Origin: Dicyema japonicum
Taxonomy: Eukaryota; Animalia; Dicyemida
Assembly: GCA_011109175.1 (NCBI GenBank)
Contig: RDEW01000017.1
Coordinates: 1,030,671-1,094,670, forward strand
Length of the DNA: 64,000 nt
Direction of reading: 5' to 3'
A program made the position numbers and the translations under genes. Under the pieces are notes generated by a model. It worked only from the letters and a program-made list of their open reading frames with translations. It was not told the origin of the DNA and did no database searches. Each line of letters begins with the position of its first letter. The first letter of the stretch is position 1. Below, piece after piece: positions 42,031 to 54,959 of this stretch.

Positions 42031-42104
42031 ATTTTGGAATTGGCTATGTGAATCTGGATTTTCATCTCCACTATATATTAAAAATAAGTACCAAAACGCT
42101 CTAA

Positions 42105-42640
42105 TACCGGACTGGTGCACCAAGAGAGGGATGAAACTGTCCACTGTGAAGTCCAGTTATTTGAGAGTCAGTCGCCTAAGGAGGCATCATACACAGCCCT
42201 ACTCACTTGACATTCCAAAAGTAAATTCACTGCGAAGTGGAATCGGATTCTTACAAAGGTAAATCGCAACCGTAATACTGTCTGACCAAGAGATAATCCA
42301 CGCACGAGAAGCCTGGAATGCCACCAACCTCCCCCTGCCTCCTTCCCAAGATCGCCAGCGAAACCTAGACAACTTATTATGCTGGAAATCATTTGGACTC
42401 CTACTGGAATCTGTCAATCAGCACCGACGCGCTTGTTTGCTTTCGGGGGCTTCCCCTGAGAGCGGAGCTTGGCTAAACGCCATCCCCAATGGAGCTTTGG
42501 GAACTTTTCTGGATGATGAATGCATTAGAACTGGTATCTAGAGCTCTCTGCGGCTGGGACTAAAAGTATGTGTACCTCACCCGTACCGATGTGGCATCCT
42601 GATAGACTGCTATGGCCTGCATCCTCTCGCCTGCAGGATA
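42105..42640 (+). mobile_element. Adjacent fragments: post-RT LINE piece (42105-42420) and CRE Zn-knuckle piece (42420-42640)
   Basis: DWCTKRGMKLSTVKS.., then ESGAWLNAIP..GTFLDDE..LCVPHPYRCG..D.YGLHPLAC. Confidence 0.7.
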
Positions 42641-43499
42641 GAGCGCAAAGATACTGAAATGAAGATAACGACAGAGGACGTCATGATTGCCATTAAAACA
42701 TGCAAAGCTAACGCTTCTGGACATGACCATATTAGCATGAGATTGTTCAAAGAAGGCCCAGAGGATCTGCTGCTCGTACTGAAGAATTTATTCAACACGA
42801 GCATAGATTATGGCTACGTCCCCAAACGCTGGAAAACCTCCATAGTCAGAATGATCTTGAAACCGAGAAAGTTGGGGAGGACCCTCTCATCTATAGGCCG
42901 ATCAACTAATAACATTATTTATTTTGTTGCACATTCTTAGCTATATGACCATTATGACAAAGATAAGTGGTTATAATAATAGTTCCCAACATAGATTGTG
43001 AGGAATCGAGATTGTGACTTCTAGGATAGTTAGAAGTCTGAGGGATCATCAATCTGGTATTAAAGTCATTTGTTTCGAATAAGCATTCAAACGTGGTCTT
43101 GGAATGATTCATGAAACGAAAAATATGGATGTCTTTCTATATTAGAGAAATCCCAAAAGTATGATTAATCGAAATTGTGTCATATCATTACTAATTATGT
43201 TAATTAAAATGCCAATGCATTTTAACATTAGATAAATCCCAAAAATATGGGTTAATGACTATCTATAGTGTTACCCTCCTAGCGAGGAGATCTCCTTCGA
43301 CCTCAGCTTTCCGGACAATGCACTTTGGATCAGTCGGCATACAAAAATATTACTCCTTTCGACAATTTCTATGACTTTTTTAGAAGGAGAAATTTTATTT
43401 TAATATAATACTTAATAATAAATCTTATAAATTAATTTGAATTAAAAAATTTTAAATTTGTTTATTGTTAAAAAAATTATTTTGTTAAATAAATCCCAA

Positions 43500-44330
43500 G
43501 TCTGAAGCGATGTTCTTTCTTTTGCAAGATAGGAATATCTTTTTCCGGAATTTTGATCTAAAATGTCCACATTGTAATTCCTCGAAAAAAACTGTCGATC
43601 ATTTGGCTACGAGGTGTAACAGAATGCTAAACTCAGATTATACAAGACGACACAATGAAATAGTTAAATGCATTCACATGCATTTATCTAAAAAATTTGG
43701 ATTTAAAAAATCCAAAAAATTGAAGTCAAAGCATCATCACAAATCAGCATGCCGAGATCCGAGTTGATACGACCATTCCAACGGAGTCCAAAGTCCAATA
43801 TAACAAGCCTGACATTTTCTTGTACGATAAGAAAATGAACCAAATATGGCTAATTGAAATCGGAGTAACATCAATGGACAATCTCAAGGCTGTCGAAGTT
43901 GAAAAACTACATAAATACGACATTCTTGCGAGTGAACTAGAGATCATTTACAAAGTAAAGATACTCCCAATTGTTCTTACCTGGGATGGAATTGTCTCCA
44001 GGTATTTCAAATCATACATGGACATCATTGGAATTACGACCATCACCCGAGCGTACATCCAAACGATTGCGCTGAAGAAGACTTTAGAGCGCATGCTTGT
44101 AGAATATAAACACGGATTTGAACAAATAACGATGGCGATTAACAATAATTGGGAAATGATGAAGAATCCTCTTACTGGATGCAATTTGGGAAAGAGGCGA
44201 CGCGACACTGATAAAGAGTTGATGATCCAGAAAATAGGAAGGAAGCGGAGATACTACCAAGAGAGTCCCGGTGGGTGCTGGCCTGGCCGGAGAGACCAGA
44301 AGTTGATACATTAGTTAGATGATATGACTA
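43500..44330 (+). mobile_element. 3' part of a microsporidia-like R4/RLE non-LTR retrotransposon
   Basis: QDRNIFF..CPHC..KTVDHLATRC.RML..DYTRRHNEIVKCIH, PD..IEIGVT..EKLHKYDILASEL and AYIQTIALKKTLE. Confidence 0.88.
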
Positions 44331-44349
44331 TTGTTTGTTTTAACGATTA

Positions 44350-45065
44350 TTAAATAAATCTGAATTAAAAACGGAAATCAAAAGAATGGACAACAACCTT
44401 AATGAACGTTGGCGACATGTTAATAAGCTTGGATCCCTACTGGGGGACACAGAAGACATCATCAAAAGGAAAACACTTGCAGGAGTAGCAATGCGAAAAC
44501 TCAAAAAGGGATGGCTGAAAGGACCAAATGTCAATCTGCGGATACGCATGTACAATGCATTTGTGAAACCGATACTGACATACAATGCTGGTACTTGGGT
44601 CTGTACAGGTGCGGAATCAATGGCTCTCGATGGGTTCCACAGAAAACAGCTTAGAGTATTATTTGGCATGAGTGGCCAGCCAGAATCTCGAATACCGGTA
44701 TTTACAAAAAATGCAAGAGTAGGCCTCTAAGCCTGGAAATCACTGACGCCCGGTGGAGACTGTTTGGTCACGTACTACGCATGGATCTTGCTGCCCGGTT
44801 AATGTGGCGATGGAGGACCATTTCATGTTCGAGGGCAAATGCTTCCGTGGCAGACCAAGGATGACCCTGCCTATCATGCTGCACAAAGACCTCCAAAGGA
44901 TGAAGAAATCCCTAAAGACGGGAGACGATCTGGACATGCTGAGATCGACTGCGTGTAACCGTGGAGGATGGAAGAGGCTAACTAATAACATTGTTTCTTG
45001 TATTGCACATGCTTTGCTATAACTATTATGGCAAGGCGATAAGTGTTGTAATATAATAATAATTA
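44350..45065 (+). mobile_element. 3' part of RTE LINE
   Basis: ERWRHVNKLGSLLGDTEDIIKRKTLAGVAM, YNAFVKPILTYNAGTW and GRPRMTLP, with a (TAA)n tail at ~45050. Confidence 0.9.
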
Positions 45066-45329
45066 AAAACAGCTTTCCTTTGGATTTACAAAAATGAGCA
45101 TGCAACAAATAGTAGAAGAATTCGGATTACTCAATTGCTCACGTGACAGCCATGAGTATTTGATAAGACCTCAGCTCGTCTCTTTTGATGGTGTCTTTGC
45201 CTTCATCATTTGGTGTGTGGATATGATTCAAGCAAAAGTAGGATATTTGATTTCTTTAGAATTTTTCCTTGGCAGATCGGGAAATTCACCAAACGAGTTC
45301 CTTGAATAAGTACAAGTAGAGCAGTTTTT

Positions 45330-45830
45330 GTTTATTATTTAACCAATCAATTAAAAGATGAGTTTCTTCCACGAGTTCATCCAAGGGAAATTTTGAAAGT
45401 TATATTCAATTCATGAAAGACATTGTACGGGATTATAATAGATCAAAACATCATACGACAAGACAGCGGCCTTTTGAGAATTTTTTACAACGTCAATCTG
45501 GAGAAAAAATACGATCAGCAAAAATTAGAATCGTTAAGCCATCGCGAAAAAAATATCGACAAAATTGAATTATTCAACATCTGTTAAAGCCTCAAACGGT
45601 TGGTTAGACAGATTAAAGAAGAGACATGATCTGGTTTTTAAAGCCATTTGTGGTGAAAAAAATTCAGCAGATAAAAGTAATTTGGCAAATTTTTTCTTTC
45701 AATTCGATAATTTGTTGAAAACTTATGGTCATGAAAATATTTTTAACTGTGATGAAACATGTATGTTAAAAAATTTCCTTCAAGATCTTATGTCAGATCT
45801 ATAGAGTTTAATGCAAGTGACTTATGCCTG
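45330..45830 (+). mobile_element. Tigger/pogo (CENP-B HTH) transposase remnant
   Basis: ASNGWLDRLKKRHDLVFKAICGEKNSAD..YGHENIFNCDET. Confidence 0.88.
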
Positions 45831-46399
45831 TATAGTGATACCGAAAGCATACTTGGTAAACAAGATCACAAAGTAGATATAATGATCCAGCCAAGTCCAG
45901 TTACATGCAAAGTGAAACTAAATTAGACGATACAAGGTTTTACAAAGCCCCAATGTTACCTGTCGACATGTGATGAAATATTTGGAATTACTGATGACAA
46001 ATCACGTCAATAAGTACACATATTTTTCATTAAAAATATAGTTTTACAAAAAAATTGAAACACAGATCACAGTAAATACCGAAAAATCAAATAGTGGAGA
46101 ATAATCCATATTTATTGATTAACAAAATATATATTAGACATTTTGATGATAGACTTCAACACTATTTGATGAATCCAATAATATATATAACTGAAGAAAA
46201 TGTATGACAATACAGCAGAAAAATACAATAAAAACCAAAACAAAAAACCAACCACAAGAACGTGGCAACTGCACGCCAAATCAATTACTAATGTAATAAT
46301 AGGTTCGCCATATTGTAAAACATTTTTTTAAAAATAAATAAACATTATATTAACATAAATATAAGTGCGTATTGTCGATTCATTTGTTTGCAACCCAAT

Positions 46400-46900
46400 T
46401 TTTTCAAAGCATCTCTTTCCTTGATAAGTCCAGGACGTGTGAAGATAGCCTCGGATTAAAATTCTTGTAATATGATAAACTGATGAACATTCTGTTCGCT
46501 TTCAGAATAACTGAAGTCAATATCTTGGCTGCCTTGTCAACAGGGAAGTCTTCAACGGCGAAGCCCAATAAACAATGCCCACAAACGTGCTCGCCAATCC
46601 AGTTGACTTCTAAAGTTATGAATTTCGTAGAATATCTTGGCAAACAAATAGATTCTTTGAGTTCAACACTATTGAGTTATGGCCGCTTTAAAAACCATTA
46701 CAATCATCACATGAAAGATATCCAGTACTCTCCGCAATTGTCGGCTGATTGTGTCCGGAGCCAGAGGGATGTTTGGCATTTAAGTCTCCGCATAGTAACA
46801 GATCCTTTAGTCCACACAATCTCGATAGGTTGGGGATTAGGAAGTAGTACACGACCCCTGAGACGGGATATAGACAGCAAGACAGTAATACCTCTAGTCG
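46400..46900 (-). mobile_element. Collapsed jockey-like LINE fragment (APE and early RT)
   Basis: LLLCGDLNAKHP followed by degenerate RT blocks. Confidence 0.6.
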
Positions 46901-47299
46901 GAGAAAAGTATACTTCAATAAAAATATGTTCCAGAATAAAATCTTCTTCGCAAAGAAAAGAAACAAAAGGGGTGACATCAGTAAATTTAGGTCCATCCTT
47001 AACGATAGTCAATAATTCCCTCCGAGACTTCTTGTCCGGTCCTTGCGAAGTATACAATATCTAGAAAACAAGAGGTTGTACATGTTCCAGAGTGGTTCGA
47101 TTTTTGAATGATGGCAATGTCCACTTTCAAATGGGATAAGAGGGAGCGTAGTTCCAACACTTCATTTAATTCTAGAATATCAGTTTAGAGTCAGGTACCG
47201 GATTAGGTTCTACATCACCAATCAGAAGTAGCAAAGAGAAAACGAGGGAATTGATAAGCCACCCTTCTGAAGGTCGTAGAAGGTTAGGAATGTGCATCA

Positions 47300-48720
47300 A
47301 TTATTTATTTAGAACCAAAAATCACCGACAAAACAAAGAGAGTAGAGGCTATCAGGTGATCCCGGCCTCCTTGAGCAGCCGCTTCATCTTTTCTCGGTGT
47401 TCCTCTCGACTGCCGACACACTTCCGGTGTGGACGAATGACTTTTTGGAAGTTTAGAGGTTTTGGCAGAGCTCCCGTACTCCTCACGAGTTCCTTGAACG
47501 GGATTGGTTTTAATATGGAGAAGGATTTTTATAGTGTCTTTGTTACTGTCTCTTGGAAGGAGTTTATTTTCTTTAGGTTGGTATGGGATATGTTAGTCGT
47601 TAAGGATGGAATTAAATTTACTGATGTCACCCCTTTTGTATCTTCTCTCTGCGAAGAAGATTTTATTCTGGAACATGTTTAGCTGATTGACGGAAGTATA
47701 TATTGATAGTAGAAATGATCTACTGTTGGGTGGAACTATCTCTTGTAGTATCCAAGTAGCGTTTTTACAAAGTTTAATTTTCAAGGGAAGAGGAGATTAT
47801 GTTGCTCACATGTTTGCTGAAGGTCATTTGGTCATATGTGATCCCAAGTATTTTGTTGAATTTGTGGAGGGGATTGTTATCCCATTTAGGGTCAATGAAG
47901 GCGCCGAGTTAGTCAATCTTCTATTGGAAGTAAATATCATAGAGCACAACTTTTCAGCACTTGTTTGTAGTTGGTTCCTCGTAAGTCAATAGTTCAGGGT
48001 ATCCAGTGAATCTTGTAAACGGGTACCCGCTGTGTGGATGCACTGGGAAGGCATGTCGCTCATGAATATGTTAATAGAATGGGAGAGAGGGGATCCTTGG
48101 GACCCTGTTCGGTAGAAAATTTAGTAACTGAAAATTTGAATGGGAAATTCTTCGTTCGTTGAGGAAGTTAGCTAGTCAAATTTTCAGGTTGTTTGGAATC
48201 TTCCTAGTGAGCAGTTTTTTCGGTATCGAGTCAAAAGCCTTCTGTATGTCAATGGAACACATAATGGTCTTCTAATGCCGAGGTTTGCGTTGAAGGCCTT
48301 ATTTGATGAATTTTGTCAGGCAAATAAGATGGGTAGTTGTGAAGCGAGCTTTCATAATGCCATGTTGGAAGGATACGTCTGGAATGTAAGGTTTAATCTG
48401 ATCAAGAATGATTTTTTCCATGATTTTAAAGGTGGCACACAGAAGGGATATTGGTCTGTAAGAAGCTGGTGAGTCCTTCGGCTATCCAGGATTTAAGATT
48501 GGACGAATATGGGATAATTTCCATAGAGTGAGAATCGAGTTCCTACTGATGGAGAGGTTGTAAATTCTGGTCAAGGCCAAGATGTGTAGGGGCCTATTTT
48601 CTTAAGTACAATAGAGGGAATTCCATACGTAAGAGATTGCGTAATAAAATTTTTTGTTCTGAATAGCCTTCCGCACGACGTCCATTGAAAAGCTGTTCGA
48701 GGTTGCCTCTGCTACCCTCA
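47300..48720 (-). mobile_element. Jockey-like LINE (RT and 3' end)
   Basis: KTIMCSIDIQKAFDSIP, QGSPLSPIL..MSDMP, NLKKINSFQ, and the family 3' UTR at 47305-47360. Confidence 0.85.
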
Positions 48721-48748
48721 ATATTGACTAATGAATTGTAGGTATAAA

Positions 48749-49068
48749 TATAATAATAATAATAACAGCCTTTTTCACGGAGCCGTGGTATTAGCTCCGC
48801 ATAGGCAGGACACACACTTTATTTAAGTAAAGAACAGTTAATTTTTACTAATCGTAAAACCAAGGAATGATCTTCACTTCTTTTTTCTTCTTCTTGTGTG
48901 TGGGTCCTTTCTAGACGATCCAGTTCCGCAGTGAGTATCCATTGATGACGGCGTCACTCGTCAAACCCTTTTAGCATCGTAGATGCATGGAACCTTCCAC
49001 CGGGCGAACAGCAGCGAGAATCGAACCCGTAACCTAAGTCACAAATTACGACACCTAACCACTATGGT
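48749..49068 (-). mobile_element. tRNA-derived SINE, full length (~320 bp)
   Basis: Minus strand shows an A-box-like catagtggttaggtg, a B box gggttcgattctc, a central body, an RTE-like tail and (TTA)n. Confidence 0.88.
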
Positions 49069-49184
49069 ATAAATATCTGAAGACTATAATTATTTTATCT
49101 AAATAATTTAATATTTAAAATTCAAATATAAAAATAAAATAATTTTAAAAAACATTAAAATTACCTCAAAACCATAATGTTGAA

Positions 49185-50207
49185 ATGTCATGCATTCTTC
49201 ACTTGATTAGCTTGATTTTGATTCTATGTGGACTGGGAATTAATTCGTGGACTAAAGACAATAATAATACGTACGGAATTTTTCAATAACATTAAGTAAG
49301 CATCCCTACTAACTCCATAGAGTGGCTTTTGGAGGTGGCTGTGCTCTCTACAGTGATGGCACTCACTTTATTAGCGTCAAATATCTCAATCTGTCTTGTC
49401 CTCTCCCATAAAGATACAATCTTCCCAAAATTGACCCGATTTGCGGGAGTCATGTCACTTTTAGCAGGTATGTCTGCAACTTTAGTGTTAATTATTTTAA
49501 TAAAACACAATTTTAGGATTTCTTGGTGGAGCCACGTGTCTGATATTTTATTACTTTTCAGATGATCCAAACTGGGTGGGATCAACGCTTTATTCTAAAT
49601 ACTCTGCGAGTTATCTTCTATGCATTCTGGCCAGTTTTTTTTCAACTTTTTCGTCATTTTGCAGTTTTGCTTATATTTCGATGGAGGAAGTCCACTTCGA
49701 AATAATGAAGAGACACAAAGATCAAGTCTACAAAAATTACATGTCCTCGAGTATGCCCCATGAAAAGATAGACAAGAAAACCGCTCGTGACTATTCTAAC
49801 TTTATTGGATTTAACGCTCCAAAATATTCGGGAGATAACCAAAAAATGGAATTCCGTAGTTTCGCGAGTATCAAATCAAATATCAGAAAAACTGACAACG
49901 AGGTCAGACATAACCCAAATCCAAAAGAAAGTCAGCCTGTCGTCCCAATGTTTGATTTTCCCCCAAAATTTGTGGTTAAAAGTTCGTCTGAAAGGGGTAA
50001 CTAAATAATAATATAATTGATGAGACATTTATGAAACCACGTGGTAATTTCAAAAGTATGTATGTTAAAGAATCCCTGACAAGGACTACAGGACGTCGTA
50101 GTTATGTTAAACAGGATGGGACCGTTTCAGGCGGAAATACTCGTTCATACGGTAATGTTGTTAAATTGATTGATTCTATCCATTCTGATACCTACCGATT
50201 AATTTAA
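49185..50207 (+). CDS. PMP22/EMP/claudin-superfamily four-TM protein with a long cytoplasmic tail
   Basis: TM1 followed by W..YGIF; then WLLEVAVL TM2, TM3 LLAGFLGGATCLIFYY, and YSKYSASYLLCILAS TM4. Introns are 25 and ~49 nt. One T-run frameshift is needed at ~49280. The last exon (50030-50207) is an open frame whose splice phase is unresolved. Confidence 0.6.
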
Positions 50208-50268
50208 ACTAAATAATAATTTTTTTTAATTTGTTAAAATTTGTAAATTTAAAATTAAACGAATTTTT

Positions 50269-50582
50269 GGCATGGTGGTTAGATGTCGAGCTAAAGTGAC
50301 TTAGATTACGGGTTCGATTCTCGCTGCTCTTCTGGTGAAAGGTTCCACGCATCTACGATTCTAAAATGGTTTGACGAGTGACGCCGTCATCAGTGGATAC
50401 TCACTGCGGAACTGGATTGACTAGAAAGACCTACACACAAGAAAAAAAGAAGTGAAGACAATTCCTTGGTTCTACGATTAGTTAAAAATGAACTGTTCTT
50501 TACTTAAATAAAGTGTGTGTCCTGCCTATGCGGAGCTATAAATATTATGGCTCTCGTGAAAAGGCTGTTATTATTATTATTC
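50269..50582 (+). mobile_element. tRNA-derived SINE, full length; inverted relative to 48749-49068
   Basis: catggtggttagatgtc..gggttcgattctcgctgc..tgacgagtgacgccgtcatc..ctctcgtgaaaaggctg(tta)n. Confidence 0.88.
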
Positions 50583-50899
50583 TTTATATAGGGCTTCCCG
50601 TTCAACAAACATGTCAAAATGTTTAATAACTTTTGAATAATGTTAATAAAAAAATTGATCGCGGTAAATAAAAAATGGATAATTAAGGAATGAAAATGTG
50701 AGTGTATCCGATGAAAACAGAAAACTCATTATAAATTTGGAAGATCAATCAAAGTAGATACTTCGAAAAAATCCATCAGAAACATTTTTTTCTATTTATG
50801 TTGCAATCTCAGTGGATGGCCATTAGGAAATCAGTTCCTCTCCTTTATTGATTCGTATTATACCTTAATCATATGCTCGAATATTTAGAGGGAAAAGTA

Positions 50900-51070
50900 T
50901 GACTATATGTTATATTTAAGACATGGTGCGACAATGCACCGATTCACAAAAACAAGCAAGCAATTAACAAATGTTCTATCGGAACTGGTATCCAATCAAT
51001 TTTTACAGGGTATGAATATAAGAAACCTTCCCCGCTGTGGAGATTAATCCAGAACTCCAAAACTAACGGC
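50900..51070 (+). mobile_element. IS630/Tc1-like DDE remnant
   Basis: WCDNAPIHK, followed by a degenerate LP..E.NP segment. Confidence 0.4.
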
Positions 51071-51180
51071 AGGAAAAGGACTGGTATGGACACTCAGATC
51101 ACTTAATTAGACGATAACTTTTATTCGCTTTCTCGTGATTCCGCGGTTAATAAAATAATAAAATAAATTAGCGTGCTGAA

Positions 51181-51908
51181 ATGCGTCTTGTACAAATTTC
51201 AAAAGAAACCTTGGAAAAAATTCAAAAATTAAAAGAAATGAAGGATGAGATCAAAGCCACCACTAATCAGCATTTGTAAGTTTAAACCATCCTGAATGAC
51301 TCTTCTCTGGGATTCCTCGTAATTTAATTGTCGATTTTATATGTAAGATTGAAACTAGGATGATGCCGATGCATTATCAATGGTCTCGATCAGCTCAATT
51401 TAGTCATCGTAGTCAGAATAAATGATAAAATTACCCTCGTTCAGTTCAATTCTATTTTAGGAGGCAAACTATACAATTTCTGGATTTCTTCCGAATCATA
51501 TCTCCACGTTCCATTAAGAGACTGTCAAAAGTCTGTATTTCTTAATGGTGGGTCATAATTAGGACAGCTTAGTTTCGTTGTAAAATACTGAGCTCTTTGT
51601 TAGAGTCAAAAAGATTTACTTTAAAACAATCAGGGTACATTCAAGTAGATTCTCCTCTATAAAAATATATATTTGGAAGCAGCTATGAAGGAACTCAACG
51701 GTATACCAAGGAAAGGGACACATCAAAATATGGGAATTATTATACAAATCGTTTGTTAAATTTATACTTCTTTATAAAACGCTAGAACTTAGCCACCTTA
51801 ATAAAGGAAGTATGTCGGACTCTACAAGAATTACTTGATAAAACTTGCCCGACCAGGATTTCAAGTAAAAAAATCTACAGTAAGCAGGTGAATCCAATAA
51901 GCCTCTGA
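51181..51908 (+). CDS. Possible unidentified intron-containing gene or pseudogene
   Basis: ATG after an AT-rich tract, coiled-coil-like MRLVQISKETLEKIQKLKEMKDEIK, GTAAG donors, and a terminal frame EVCRTLQELLDK..PISL*. I could not build a clean model. Confidence 0.3.
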
Positions 51909-52153
51909 AAATAAAGTTGAAATCACCAAATACAAAAATGTAAAACTATTACTTTGCAACGAGGGCCGCTTTCGTGGAAGGCGAGGATAACTCTGCCAGC
52001 CGTCCTACGAAACGACGAAATAACTGAAAAAGAATTTAAAACTGTGTAAGACCTGTATTCATTGAGAGTCACAACTAACGATCAAATATCAATAAGCATC
52101 TAAGCTTATAATAAGATTGTGTAACTCTAGTGAACAAATTAAATAAACAGAAA

Positions 52154-53895
52154 TTAAGAAAAAATAAATTTCAAATAAGCCATTCCAAACAAGTAAGCAT
52201 TACCAAGGGCAGCATACACACTGACAAGAAGAGTACTCAGAAAAGGATAATAACCATTTGAATCAATGAAGGAATGTATAAAATAATGATATATAGCCAC
52301 AACAAACGTACCATAATGGTAAAGGTCAAATAATGCATATTTTGAATAGATTCCGGTCGTCTTAGTCGCCAGTTCCTTCATAATGAATCCATTAATGCAG
52401 AATATTACAAAAACGATCACAATTTCTGCATTCACAAACTTCAAACCATGGGGTGTGTGGATTAGGGGAAGAAGGGACAGGTTGGCAAATGAGGAGAACA
52501 TGACCACATCAGCAGGGACAACCTGGCCACCGTAAATTAGATTCTTTAAGTAAAAACTAGATCTACCCAATTAATATGTTTGGGACGATTATTGCCTTCT
52601 CGTGCACGTGCCATCCAAACATAAATGATGCATAAAAGCCGACAAATAATGTTTTAAGAAACACGTGGTTGAGTTTTTTGGCAGAACAAACGGCTTGTTT
52701 GACAAGAAAAGGCTGTTAAATAACATTTTCGCCAAACAGTCAATATAGAGACATAAATTATAAATGTGTGGAAGGGAAGGATGTCTGGGAGAACGAGGTT
52801 GTTAACTCGTTGGACCAATCCTCCTGTAGAATGACCAACAGCACTACAATTCCACGTGGAAGCTCCAAAATAGCAGTCTAATATACATAAAAATGCAACA
52901 ATAATGGTAGGCGAGCTTGTCCACAAGCAAATATAGGGACCAGAAATTAGGAGCCCAGTAGGCATGACAGAGTCCCCGACCAAACGGAAAGAGACGAGAA
53001 AAGACAAACGGGAGTTGATTCTTTATATGATGAATCAAATATAACATAGTAAACGAAGGGAAAGAAGGACATCCCAAACACTGCAGCAGATAGAAGAACC
53101 AGGTTAAGTAATCTGTCAAAGGAAAAGTTCTTTGTTGTGCCTGAAATATACTTAAACGGAGACCATTGAGTAGACAATACCGTCGAATTAAGAAAATTCC
53201 AAATACAGGGGCCACAGTTATGAATAAGTGTTTGAGATTTACCAGAAGACAGTATGTGAATGCAGAACACAGATAATTTCCCTGAGTATTACAACACATG
53301 ATCACTTTCAAGGAGTAGAATATTGAAAGTAGGAGGACTGCCACGAGCAGACAGTTGTACTGGAAGTGTATATTGTCCACCAAAATGAGAGAAAAATTAA
53401 ACACCATAAAATAATTAACGAAGGCACGTGCATTATAATTATCAAAGAAGGACTCTAAGACTTTAGTCATGCTGTTGATAATATAAAGAGAACTGATAAT
53501 TAACGGCAAAAAACAGAATATCAGTCAAAATGACGGAACAGCGGTGGAACAGGATAGTCATGTCAGACACATGTAGAGTCGAAGTGAGGATTTCAGGATC
53601 AAAAAGAACGGCAAGAAACGACAGAAGGTACTGGAACCAAGCAAAGAACCGGGGGATAGTCGAGTGTGTGTGGAGATGAGTCCTTAAATAAATGTAAACC
53701 CTTACATCAACATACCATTGGTTAATTGGATGAGTACTAGTAAGAGAGAGCCAATGATGGTGGACATTCAAGTCAGTCGAATAACTAATATAGAGAAGGG
53801 AGTGCATACTATAATGGAAATAATAGCATTTTGAAGAGAATGGAAATACCGCATAATTGAAAATAGCTCAATTTGTTTAGTACACGTCCATCCAT
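52154..53895 (-). CDS. ALG8: Dolichyl-P-Glc:Glc1Man9GlcNAc2-PP-Dol alpha-1,3-glucosyltransferase
   Basis: KMLLFPLYYSTDLNVHHHWLSLTSTHPINQWY, TLDYP.FFAWFQ, LILVDNIHFQYN, VNLKHLF and SRLFPFGRGLCHAYWAPNFWSLY. Introns are short; one frameshift at ~53650. Confidence 0.92.
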
Positions 53896-54039
53896 TTACG
53901 ATTTAAAAAGTAATTAATTTTATTTATTTCCATTTAATTAATTAATTTATTAACCCCGTATACACTGAGAAAGAATTTTTTAATAAATAAAAATTAATAT
54001 TATTATTATTAATAAAAAGCAAAAGTTGTCGCCTCCTAC

Positions 54040-54935
54040 CAAATGGCGTCCCTCAAGGATCGCCCTCTCTCCGGCGTTATTCAATTTCCTAACGATTTAC
54101 CCTGCCCTGGAGGACCAGATTCAATGCTTCTCACTTATGCTGACGACCTAATCATCGATAGCAGGAACAAATACGTGGGTATAGCAAAATCATAGCTTCA
54201 GTCACATATTGACGACCTGGGAGCCTGGTCGAATTAGAGTCGTCTCTCCATATCCAGGGATAAATCAAGGTATCAATCTTTACCACAGACAGAAAAGAAA
54301 AACATACACTGGATTTGAACATATATGAGACTCTTTACCATTACAGATTTATCCAACTATTCTGGGAGTGACTTTCGACCCTTTGATGACATTTTCTCAA
54401 CATGTGATAAGCGTTATGACAAAGGGTCTCAGGAAACTAAATATAATCAAACCGCTCTTAAAGTCCAGGCCGTCACGGGAATGCGCTGTCGTCTTGTTCA
54501 ATCAACTTGTAAAACCGACGGTAGAGTATGCTTGTGCCTCATGGGCCTATAAAGCTTCGATATCAAATTCACTCAAGATCAATTCCCTAATTGGCAAACT
54601 GGCACATCTAACGAATCTCCCCCCGATCTTTTCTCTCTAATGCTTGACCACGCCGCTATCAAAAATAATGGCTCCGGCTTCATCGGTCTGTGTGGCCAAG
54701 AAACAAGTCGTTTCTTTCATTCAAAGCTAGAGGCCTCAAATACACGAAATTTGGGAAAAAACCTACCCCTCTTCAAACTCTAATGAAAGATGATCGTCGT
54801 CCATTCAGGAAAACCGTGGGTACTCTGGAGGAACATAGAAAAAACCTCTCGATCCTGTTGAGGCGTACCGGGATCACTTAATTAGTTGGTTTACTCCTTC
54901 TTTCTTGGTGTTCCCTTTTCGGGGTTATTAAATAA
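54040..54935 (+). mobile_element. 5'-truncated jockey-like LINE (RT and 3' end)
   Basis: NGVPQGSP, LTYADDL, MTFSQHV, VEYACASWAY and ..RTGIT*, followed by the 3' UTR. Confidence 0.88.
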
Positions 54936-54959
54936 CAAAATAATAAACTAAAAGCAAAG

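Noticed and set aside
49020-49068. tRNA genes at 49020-49068 and 50269-50330
   Set aside because: A and B boxes are present, but no full cloverleaf is evident and both continue into the same SINE body and tail.
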